From a virus, in the IMG/VR virus record IMGVR_UViG_3300029787_005452, positions 121,198 to 185,197 of that record: DNA of 64,000 nucleotides. One strand, 5' to 3'. Of this stretch, positions 39,987 to 49,700 are shown one piece after another. Each line of letters opens with the position of its first letter. Position 1 is the stretch's first letter. A program made the position numbers and the translations under genes. A model generated the notes under the pieces. It ran no database searches. It was not told the origin of the DNA and worked only from the letters and a program-made list of their open reading frames with translations.

Positions 39987-42900
39987 TAAACGTTAGCTGA
40001 ATACGTTATATCTTTTACTGGTAAATTTTGTTCACCACTGTAAGTAAGACCTATTTTTACACCTCTTGGTACTGATGCTAAATCTATATTAGTCTCATAA
40101 CTAACCAAATTAGTATACTTATCAGAAAAATTATCCTTAATATCAAAAAATACCCTATTTAAATGTTCTTTAAATCTTACCCTATATACTTTTATTGGTG
40201 AGTTGTATTTGAAAATTTTATCATTAAAGGTAGTCGATGATAGAAAATTATATTGTGATTCAGTTGTACTTAATCTTGTAGATATGGAAAATGGTCTCGG
40301 ATTTAAATAGCCTCGGTTACCTGAATCTTTAAATAAATTTCTTAATCCATAAAAACCAGCAAAATCAAAAGCAATACTCATTATATGACCTGACATAGCT
40401 GATAGACTTGTATCATTGGTCGCTAATAACCCTAATCCAGGACCAGGTTCACCACCTACATTATCTAATGGTTGCTCACCTTGCACTAAGAATACTGAAA
40501 AACCACTACCTTGAATTATATCAAACTCACCAATAATATTGATACCGTCATCAGTAGTTATTTCAACACCACTACCAGGTACAGTTAATAAATTTACTGC
40601 ATCTCTATTAGTTTGCAATGATATGCAAATATCTTTTGCTGGGTTAATTAATTCTTTTAACACAATACGGTTGCAAGACTCATCATCTGTAGGTTCAGCT
40701 GATAACGATGTAACCGGTACAGTTAAAGATTTACCTAAAATTACATCTAATGTATGGTCAGGATTTATTCCTTCAGATGGTATATATTGGTCAGGTAAAT
40801 TTAATGTAAAAGTTTGTTCTTTATTAACTTGTAGAACATCAATAGATATGGTATCAATTACGGAAGTTATAAAATTATTCGATGATGGAAATATATCATT
40901 GTTTTCATCTATATTAACAAAATTTAAATTTACATCTACAGGTTGAGGTATTATATTAGTTGATAATCTAACGTTAAACGTCTCACCTTCAAATGCTGAT
41001 AATCTATCAGCTGATAATTTAAATTCATTAGTGAATTGAAACTCTCCAAAGGCTAAAGAATTTTGAGTTCCATCACCACCTGCAATATTACTTGCTACAA
41101 ATGATTGACCCCAATTACCTGAGCTAAGACTTAATTGTTCAATTGATGAAAAGTCACTAAAATCGACACCTGTTAACTGAAAGTATCTTACTGTTTGACC
41201 GGCATTAGATCGAGTTATTATACCAGGGGCTCCTGCAGATGAAAATTGTAATGAAGTACCGTTTGATGTAGCACTACTAATTGCTTCTAAAGCCCAACTT
41301 GATAATTTAAAAGTATCTGATCCAGTTAGCTGAGTATATGATAATTTACCACTGCTATTTATAAATGAAATTGCAGGTTTATTATTATTAGGGTTAACTT
41401 GTAAAGATAATTCTTCATTAGTATCAACTTCATGTAACCTTATATTACCCCAGCTAGATAATTTAAATGAATCCGACCCTGTTAATTGAGTATAGTAAAA
41501 ATAATCATTATCATCGTCCATATGTGCAATTGCAGGTTCATTAGTAGATAAAAATTGTAAAGAAGAAAATTTACCTACAGCTCCATCACTTGATTTCGGT
41601 ACTGTTATTCTACCCCAGCTATCTAAACTTGTAACATCACTACCGGTTAACTGAGTAAATTTTAAATTATCATTTGCCTTATAAGATATTGATGGTTTAG
41701 AATCATTTGAAATTGCTAAAGATATACCCGGTGAGGCACCCTCTACTGTATCTTCTAAAATTAAACTACCCCAATTGGATATGTCATAAAAATTAGTACC
41801 GGTAAGCTCTATATATTTTAAATCGTCATCGGTTTGGTTAAGATAAGCTATTGCTGGTCTATTATTAATAAGCTCTAAAGAAGTAAATTCTCCAGTATCA
41901 TTTATAGAGTCTAGAGTTAAAATACCCCAATTCGATTGTGAAGGGGTACCATCAAAATCTGCACCAGTTAATTGAGCATATTTTAAATCTCCTAAAACAT
42001 TATCATGATATGATATGCCAGGTATACTACCCGATAAAAACTTTAATGATGAAAACTTACCGGTAACATTAGCATCATCTACAGTATAAACACCAAAACT
42101 ATTTGCACTACTAAAATCTGTACCTGTTAGCTCAGCATATTTTAGAGCATCAGAAGTATCATCAAAGAAACTCATTCCTACTTTATCAGCTATAGGATAT
42201 GTTCTAGGGTCTTTTAAAGGTAGAAAATCTAAAACTATAGGGTCAGGAGCGCTAACTGCCTGGATATAAGTAGTAACGTTTCCTGTTATAAGTGTATCAG
42301 AATTTTCTAATAATGAATGATTACCCCAATTACCCGAACCTGTTAACGCAAAATAATCAGATCCAGTTAATTGAATAACGTTTAGAGTATCATTCATACC
42401 TGATATATAAGATATAACTGGTGAACATGGATAAAAACTATTCTCTGGTTGAAAATTAAAATTACAATAAGATGCAGATACCCCTAAGTTAGTATTTTTC
42501 CAATGATTAATATTGTGGATACTATCCCCAGTCAAACTAAAATAGTTTAAATTGTTATTACCATCATAATAAACTATTGCAGGTTTGCTATCTTTGGTAG
42601 AAAAATTTAATTTAGGCTTATTAACTCCTGATAAGTTTTCAAAGGTTACAAATACAAGGTGGTCTCTATTTTCATAATTTGAACCTGTAAGCTGTACATA
42701 TGATAGTGTATTGTAATATTCATTCCCAGTAAATTTACCCTTACTAGAAGCAATTGCTACTTTACCTGCTGAATTAAAATCAATGCTAGTATGAATAGGG
42801 TTTTCAAGGCCTGAATCAGATGATAATATTCCAGTTTTGGTGTAAGGACCTCTTATATCAACTCCAGTTAGTTGATAATAGAACAATTCACCACCATATA

Positions 42901-43495
42901 TAGATACTATACCTGGTTTGTCATTTCCTTTAGAAAGAGCTATATCGCATGTATATTGATCGAAAACGTAACCGTCTGCTTCCCCTATAGGTCCAGAATA
43001 AATCCATTGATTAGTATTATGTATATCTGACCCAGTTAATTCAATTAATGAAATAAAACTATCATCTACATTTTTTATTATTGGTTTTCCTCCAGTTAAA
43101 TGTAATAATTTTGTACTTTTAAATGTGTCAAAACTAATATTATTTAAAAAAGCAAAAGAGTAATGGTTTTTATTAATTAAATCTGAACCTGTTAATATGG
43201 TATATACTGAACCTGATAAAGTATTATTGAATAAAAAACTTGGTTTACCTGAATAAGTTACTTCATTATCTTCAATATTAAATTTGGGTGCTGAGGAAGA
43301 ACTGTAACTGGGTATATTAAAGCTAACTAAAGGAGTTGGATATGACTGGCCACTAACATTTGGAATAGTATCTATAAAATCAAATTTATTAAAATCCATT
43401 TCACTATAATTTGATATAGATTCAAAAGCTGAACCAGCTGTATTTAAAGTTAATTGTAGATACTTATTACCCTGAGTTGTACCGAACGTATACAT
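39983..43495 (-). CDS. Adhesin-like virion protein: beta-propeller repeats, Calx-beta-like segment, L-type lectin-like C-terminus
   Basis: About ten PAIAY...DLKYAQLTG...SWG blades; SAFEGETFNVRL; GSGFSVFL...GPGLGL...SIAFDF. Confidence 0.6.
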   Translation of the reverse strand: MYTFGTTQGNKYLQLTLNTAGSAFESISNYSEMDFNKFDFIDTIPNVSGQSYPTPLVSFNIPSYSSSSAPKFNIEDNEVTYSGKPSFLFNNTLSGSVYTILTGSDLINKNHYSFAFLNNISFDTFKSTKLLHLTGGKPIIKNVDDSFISLIELTGSDIHNTNQWIYSGPIGEADGYVFDQYTCDIALSKGNDKPGIVSIYGGELFYYQLTGVDIRGPYTKTGILSSDSGLENPIHTSIDFNSAGKVAIASSKGKFTGNEYYNTLSYVQLTGSNYENRDHLVFVTFENLSGVNKPKLNFSTKDSKPAIVYYDGNNNLNYFSLTGDSIHNINHWKNTNLGVSASYCNFNFQPENSFYPCSPVISYISGMNDTLNVIQLTGSDYFALTGSGNWGNHSLLENSDTLITGNVTTYIQAVSAPDPIVLDFLPLKDPRTYPIADKVGMSFFDDTSDALKYAELTGTDFSSANSFGVYTVDDANVTGKFSSLKFLSGSIPGISYHDNVLGDLKYAQLTGADFDGTPSQSNWGILTLDSINDTGEFTSLELINNRPAIAYLNQTDDDLKYIELTGTNFYDISNWGSLILEDTVEGASPGISLAISNDSKPSISYKANDNLKFTQLTGSDVTSLDSWGRITVPKSSDGAVGKFSSLQFLSTNEPAIAHMDDDNDYFYYTQLTGSDSFKLSSWGNIRLHEVDTNEELSLQVNPNNNKPAISFINSSGKLSYTQLTGSDTFKLSSWALEAISSATSNGTSLQFSSAGAPGIITRSNAGQTVRYFQLTGVDFSDFSSIEQLSLSSGNWGQSFVASNIAGGDGTQNSLAFGEFQFTNEFKLSADRLSAFEGETFNVRLSTNIIPQPVDVNLNFVNIDENNDIFPSSNNFITSVIDTISIDVLQVNKEQTFTLNLPDQYIPSEGINPDHTLDVILGKSLTVPVTSLSAEPTDDESCNRIVLKELINPAKDICISLQTNRDAVNLLTVPGSGVEITTDDGINIIGEFDIIQGSGFSVFLVQGEQPLDNVGGEPGPGLGLLATNDTSLSAMSGHIMSIAFDFAGFYGLRNLFKDSGNRGYLNPRPFSISTRLSTTESQYNFLSSTTFNDKIFKYNSPIKVYRVRFKEHLNRVFFDIKDNFSDKYTNLVSYETNIDLASVPRGVKIGLTYSGEQNLPVKDITYSANVY

Positions 43496-43539
43496 TAAAA
43501 ATATTTATTACTTTATTGGCATTATCAAATACATAAAAG

Positions 43540-43568
43540 TTGATTAGTTACTATCTATAGTATATAAT
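43540..43568 (+). promoter_or_regulatory. Sigma70-type promoter
   Basis: TTGATT-N17-TATAAT-N7-ATG(43576). Confidence 0.75.
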
Positions 43569-43575
43569 ATAGCAT

Positions 43576-43773
43576 ATGAGTAAATATAATACTATACGAG
43601 AGCAATTGCGTGTGGAAGTAGATAAAAAACAACAAGGTACAGTTGATACAGTTTTAAGAGATATAGAACGAAAACATATGCAAGATGAATTTTGTGATCA
43701 GTATGTTAAATTACAAGACGTAGGCTTTAGCCCGTATGATTGTCTAATAGCATTTATGAAAGGAAATAAATAA
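43576..43773 (+). CDS. Hypothetical protein, 65 aa
   Basis: Promoter-proximal; TAATG-coupled to guaC. Confidence 0.65.
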   Translation: MSKYNTIREQLRVEVDKKQQGTVDTVLRDIERKHMQDEFCDQYVKLQDVGFSPYDCLIAFMKGNK

Positions 43774-44795
43774 TGAATACATTTTATAGTTACAAAGATA
43801 TAGTATTGCAACCTGCGTACTCTGAAATTAAATCAAGATCATCTTTAGATGCATCAGTAAAGTTCTTAGGTAAAACATTTGAAAGTGCTGCTATACCAGC
43901 TAATATGAAATGTACTATCGATTTTAAGAAGGCGAGAGAGTTGAGTGAAGCTGGTTACTTTTATGTACTGCATAGATTCTATGATTACGATGAAATCCTA
44001 GATTGGATGATTAAAAACAAAGATATGAAAACTATTTCAATATCTGTTGGTGTGAATAAAAAAGATCGAGATTTTATTGATAAGATTGCAGTAAAAGGTG
44101 TAGGTGTAGATTTCATTACTATTGATGTAGCTCACGGTCATCATATATTAGTGAGAGATATGATAACCTATATCAAAGATAGATTAAGCGTAAAAATTAT
44201 TGCTGGTAATGTTGGTACTTTCGCTGCTGCTCAAGACTTATATGAATGGGGTGCAGATGCAGTAAAGGTAGGTTTATCAATGGGTAAAAGCTGTACCACA
44301 TATAACTGCACCGGGGTAGGTACCCCTATGTTCTCTACTGTAGAAACTATAGCTAAACAAAAGTATATTAAATGGATGCCTAATGATGAAACTGATTGGC
44401 AAAAAGGTAATTATAAAAATATTTCTATACCAGTTATAGCTGATGGTCAAATACGAGAGGTAGGAGATGTATGTAAAGCATTAGTAGCAGGAGCTAATAT
44501 GGTAATGATTGGTAGTGAGTTTGCAAAGTGTGAAGATAGCCCTGCTGATATTATAGGGGGGCCTGCAATAGGTAATACTAACAAGAAAGTTTTTTACGGT
44601 AGCGCATCATCTACAAATAAAGGACATGAAGGTTACGTGGAAGGTCAAACAGTATATATGGATATGAGAAATGAAACATATTTACAATACTTTGATAGAA
44701 TCAATCAAGGTGTGCAAAGTTGTATGAGTTATGCAGGGGTTAGTAAAATAACTTTATTATCTGATATGGAGTTTTATATACATACGAATAATTAA
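43773..44795 (+). CDS. guaC: GMP reductase-like (IMPDH/GMPR family)
   Basis: YKDIVLQP...IPANM...YVLHRF...ITIDVAHGH...IAGNVGT...ADAVKVG...SCTT...YGSAS; lacks the CBS subdomain. Confidence 0.85.
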   Translation: MNTFYSYKDIVLQPAYSEIKSRSSLDASVKFLGKTFESAAIPANMKCTIDFKKARELSEAGYFYVLHRFYDYDEILDWMIKNKDMKTISISVGVNKKDRDFIDKIAVKGVGVDFITIDVAHGHHILVRDMITYIKDRLSVKIIAGNVGTFAAAQDLYEWGADAVKVGLSMGKSCTTYNCTGVGTPMFSTVETIAKQKYIKWMPNDETDWQKGNYKNISIPVIADGQIREVGDVCKALVAGANMVMIGSEFAKCEDSPADIIGGPAIGNTNKKVFYGSASSTNKGHEGYVEGQTVYMDMRNETYLQYFDRINQGVQSCMSYAGVSKITLLSDMEFYIHTNN

Positions 44796-44799
44796 TTAA

Positions 44800-45720
44800 A
44801 TGCCGACTAAAGATAATTATGTAATTTTTAACCCTGAAGGAGGGTTAGGTAAAATTATTGCTGCAACTGCTTTAATTGAACCTATAAAAGAAAAATATCC
44901 TGATCATAAAATAATTGTATTAACACCATGGGCTGAAGTATTTGTAAATAATCCTCATGTTTATAGAGTTTTTCGATCAGGTGTTACACCCTATTTTTAT
45001 AGAGACTATCTTGAAGGAAGAGAGAGTGTCGTATTAAAAGGTGAACCTTATTTCAATACACCTCACTTATACAGTAAACAGCATTTAATTAAATCTTGGT
45101 GTGAGCTTCACGATTTAACTTTTAAAGATACACTTAGACCTCAGATATTTTTTAATGTTGCTGAAAAGACATATTATAGTTCCAATATACAAGCAACTGA
45201 TAAGCCTATTTTGATAATGCAAACTAATGGTGGTCCTTATGATGATGGTCGTTCTTATGCATGGACAAGAGATTTACCTCATGAGCAGTCTCAAATTTTA
45301 GTTAATGAATTATCCAAACTATATAAGATTTATCACGTAACTCGTAAAAATGGTCCTCAATTAGCTGGTGTAGATAGAGTAGAAGACGTACCTAATAAGA
45401 GAATTTTAATATCATTATTACTTAAATCAGAAAAAAGACTTTTAATTGATAGCTGTTTGCAGCATGCTGCTGCTGCATTAAACCTACCATCTACTGTATG
45501 TTGGGTCGGTACTAATCCGAAAGTATTCGGATATAAAATACATAAAAATATACTACCAGTTAAAGAAAAACAAGATATTGGAGGCTGTCATATGATTGAT
45601 AGTTTATTCTTTGATCACGATTTTAATGGACCAGAGCATGAATATCCATATGACGATTTCAATATATTTAACTTACAAAATATTTATGATAGTATAACAA
45701 ATGAAAAAAATAATATTTAA
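44800..45720 (+). CDS. GT-B glycosyltransferase, GT9/heptosyltransferase-like
   Basis: GGLGKIIAATALIEPIKEKYP...VFVNNP and IDSCLQHAAAALNLPSTVCW. Confidence 0.75.
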   Translation: MPTKDNYVIFNPEGGLGKIIAATALIEPIKEKYPDHKIIVLTPWAEVFVNNPHVYRVFRSGVTPYFYRDYLEGRESVVLKGEPYFNTPHLYSKQHLIKSWCELHDLTFKDTLRPQIFFNVAEKTYYSSNIQATDKPILIMQTNGGPYDDGRSYAWTRDLPHEQSQILVNELSKLYKIYHVTRKNGPQLAGVDRVEDVPNKRILISLLLKSEKRLLIDSCLQHAAAALNLPSTVCWVGTNPKVFGYKIHKNILPVKEKQDIGGCHMIDSLFFDHDFNGPEHEYPYDDFNIFNLQNIYDSITNEKNNI

Positions 45721-46528
45721 CTCGTCAATGCCTAGAGCTTGTAGTACTTTACTACAAAATATATTTGCTCAAAACCCTAATTTTTATGCAACCCCAACTG
45801 ACGGTGCTATTGAACTATTAGATGGGGCAAGACAAAGATTTACTGATAGTGTTGAATTTAAAGCTTCGGTTGATCAAGACTTATCTTTATCATCATGGCG
45901 TAATTTTTGTAAAGGTGGTTTAATAAGTTATTGCAATACTTTAACTGATAAACCTAATATAGTTTTAAAAGGTAGAGGGTGGAAAGGTAATATAAACTGG
46001 ATGGAAAACTTTTTAAATGAAGAGCCTAAAATATTTTGCTGTGTTAGAAATTTAAAAAGTATAATAGCTTCATTTGAAAAACTGCATAGAAAAAATCCTG
46101 ATAAAACTTCTCAGTGGTTGATTAATCATGAAGCTAGAGGTACTACAGTCTTTAAAAGAGTTGATATGTATTTAAAAAATATACCAGTTAGTATAAGTCT
46201 AGATAGGATTCAAGAAATTTTAGAAATGGGTAATGAAAGTAAAATAAGATTTATAAGAGCAGAAAATCTTACTTCCAATCCTCAAGAAATAATGAATCAA
46301 GTATATGATATATTAGGTGAGGAAAGATACCAGCATAATTTTAATAATATAGAACAAATAACGAAAGAAAACGACGTTATCCATGCATTAGATAATGATC
46401 TGCATACAATTAAAAATAAGGTAGAACCTTTAGTAGATGATTATGCTGAAATATTAGGTAAAGATGCATGTGATATGATCGATAGAGATTACGCTTGGTA
46501 TCAAAAATACTTTGGTTATATAGATTAA
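45701..46528 (+). CDS. Sulfotransferase family protein
   Basis: PAPS-binding-type SSMPRACSTLL, CCVRNLKSIIAS, IRAENLTSNPQEIMNQVYDIL. Confidence 0.8.
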   Translation: MKKIIFNSSMPRACSTLLQNIFAQNPNFYATPTDGAIELLDGARQRFTDSVEFKASVDQDLSLSSWRNFCKGGLISYCNTLTDKPNIVLKGRGWKGNINWMENFLNEEPKIFCCVRNLKSIIASFEKLHRKNPDKTSQWLINHEARGTTVFKRVDMYLKNIPVSISLDRIQEILEMGNESKIRFIRAENLTSNPQEIMNQVYDILGEERYQHNFNNIEQITKENDVIHALDNDLHTIKNKVEPLVDDYAEILGKDACDMIDRDYAWYQKYFGYID

Positions 46529-46536
46529 AATAGGTA

Positions 46537-46701
46537 TTATAAACCTACCCTACCTCTTAGATTGTTCCAATTTTGATCTATTTGAGCATCTGTTAAAAAA
46601 GAATCATAAGCATGAAAAGCCCATACTTTTATGCTTGAGTCATTAGTTTGTCCTGACCCAGTCGGAGCTCCAATTTTAAATGGTTCAGTATTGTTTAATA
46701 A
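46537..46701 (-). pseudogene. Orphan C-terminal fragment of a LamG/concanavalin A-like domain
   Basis: Start-less frame LLNNTEPFKIG...IKVWAFHAYDSFLTDAQIDQNWNNLRGRVGL* begins 1 nt after the fibre stop codon. Confidence 0.65.
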
Positions 46702-46702
46702 A

Positions 46703-49700
46703 TTATAATATTGTTTGCAACCAAGCTGCTACTCTACCACTAGTCATAGCAGTATCACCATCTTTATTAGTTCTAAAGTTAATTATATCATTTTCATCAA
46801 ATGTAATATTTGAAGATGTAACATCAGTTACTTGAGATTTTTTAGCATCAGTATCAGCTAACCCACTAGTTATTATACCTTTTGCGCCAGTTGCAACACC
46901 ATTTTTGTATACCTCTATCTCAATGTCATCAGCCATTGTACCACTGTTTATTTCTGCATTAACAGATATTTTTAATAGCTTAGATTTAAATGCTATTGGT
47001 ATACCATGTGCTGCTGGTGTTAAATCTCCATTACCGAAGGACCATTCGTGGCTACCGTCAGTTAAATCTTCTGCTTCCTCAGCCCATATAGAATATATTG
47101 AACCGTATACTGCTGATAAAGATAAAATCGAACCAGTAGCTGATAAATTACCTTGCACACTAACATTTTCAGAATATAAAGTATTAGGTTGACTACCTGA
47201 TAAAGCATTACCAACAATAAATGATTTATCAGCTGCTACTGATAGTTCATTATGACTGCCTCCTAATATACCACTATCATTTGAATTTATTATATTCTTC
47301 ATACCACCGCCTATAAACGTTGCAGAACCTGATGCGGTATTTGAAAATCCACCGCCTATAAACGATGCAGCACTTAGAGAGCAATTAGCTTGACCTCCAC
47401 CTATAAATGAATTAATAGATTTATTACAAATTTTATTATAAGTACCCCCTGCAATTGCTGATCTGGTTGCACCTGTAAAAATTTGATTTTCATTTCCTCC
47501 TGCAATAACACTTGTATTTCCTCTTGCTTTATTTAGACGACCACCACCTACGGTAGAATACTCACCAATAGCTAAACCATAATATCCACCTGCAACAGTA
47601 GTCGCGCATGCACATGCATGATTTTGATAGCCTCCTCCAACAGTTGAATATTCCGCTGCAGTCCGGTTTGAATTGCCTCCTCCAATAGTATTTTCATCAC
47701 CTGCAGCACAGTTAAAATTACCCCCACCAATAGTTGAACGATTACCGGAGGAACAATTTTTAAACCCCCCTCCAATAGTAGCATAAGCTCCGGTAATTAA
47801 ATTTTTATAACCACCGGCTATAGTTGTATTAGTTCCTTTTGCTTCATTAATAAAACCTCCCCCAACAAATGAACGACCACCTGAAGCTTTAGAGCTAAAA
47901 CCACCAACTAATGTTGAATATTCACCTGAAGTTAAGTTTTTAGTACCACCTGCTATAGTATTTACTTTACCAGAAGCTTCGTTAAGTGTACCACCACCTA
48001 TAAATGATGCTGAACCTGAAGCAGTATTACTAAATCCTCCACCGATAACATCACCTGAACTTAAAGTACTATTTAAATTACCTCCTCCGATAAAAGCACA
48101 AGTTGATTTATTTAAAACTTCATTATTTTTACCACCCGCAATTGATGAAAAATTACTATTACGGAAAACAAAATTTTGATTACCACTACCTACAAAAGAA
48201 TAATCGCCGAGAGCTTTGTTTAGTAAACCACCGACTATAACTGATTTTTCTGAGAGTGCTAGATTATTTACACCACTACCTACGAATGAATAACCTCCAC
48301 ATGCACAATTCTGATAACCTCCTGCAATACTACCTCCTGTACCGTTTACGCAATGCCTAGTACCACCACCTATAAATGTATAATCTTGAGATGACTTATT
48401 TAACGTACCTCCAGCAATTGTAGCATACATACCATTAACACAATTAGTGTGACCTCCACCCACGGTGTTGTATTGACCTAAATTGCAATTAGCAAATCCA
48501 CCGGCAATGGTTCCAAATTCATCATTAACATGATTCCTACCTCCTCCACCTATAGTTGAACACGCTCCTTTAGCACAATGACACATACCTCCCCCAACAA
48601 ATGATCTTATACCTTCAGCTTTAGAACTAAAGCCTCCTACTACTGTTGAATAATTACCTGAAGCATCATTTTTAGAACCTCCACCTATAATTGATGCTTT
48701 ACCTGAAGCAGTATTAAATAAACCACCGCCAATAACTGATCCTGAACCTGATGTAGTATTACTAAATCCTCCTGCAATAACCTCTAATGCACTTAAAGAT
48801 ATATTACTTTTACCTCCAAGTACTGAAGAACATCCACCTTGGCTACAAACTTTATTAATTGAACCTAAAACTACACTGTACGTACCATGTGCTTGACCAC
48901 CAGTACCAACAAATGAATTACCCCCTATTGCACAAGCAGCGAAACCAGAACCTACAAAACTTTGATTTCCTATTGCTTTATTAAGTCCCCCGGAGCCAAC
49001 AAATGAATAATTACCTACTGCACAGTTAGTGGTACCTCCAGCAACAACACTGTTATTTCCAGTAGCTTTGTTCGTATTACCACCAGCAACAGTAGACGAG
49101 TTACCAGTAGCAAAATTAGAAGTTCCTCCACCTACAGCAGCAGTACTACAAGATGTATTATTAGCACCTCCAGCTACTACTGAGTTTGCAGCAGCAGCAA
49201 CATTATTTTGACCACCACCAATAAATGAATTTTGACCATTTGCTCTATTATTAAAACCACCTGCAACAGTCGAAGCTAAAGTTCCTGCAGCACTATTATT
49301 GCAACCACCTCCCACAACACCAAAATTTTCAAGAGTAGTATTACTTAAACCACCAGTTACAGTAGATGCTAAACCTGAGGATTGGTTAAATACACCTGCT
49401 CCAATGAATGCTCCTGAACCTGATGAAGTATTGGTAAGACCTCCTACAACAGCTCCATGTGCACTTAAAGATATGTTATTTTGACCTGTACCTATAAATG
49501 AATAGCTACCAGGAGCTTCGATTGTATTATTTTTACCACCAAGTATACCTGAATTAGTAGCTTTAGCACAATTTTTAAATTGACTGGTACTATGACCTCC
49601 ACCGACGACAGTTGAAAAAGCTCCTGTAGCATAATTATAACCTCCTCCAACGACAATTGAATTGCCACCAGAAGCTTTATTGACAAAGCCTCCAACTACT

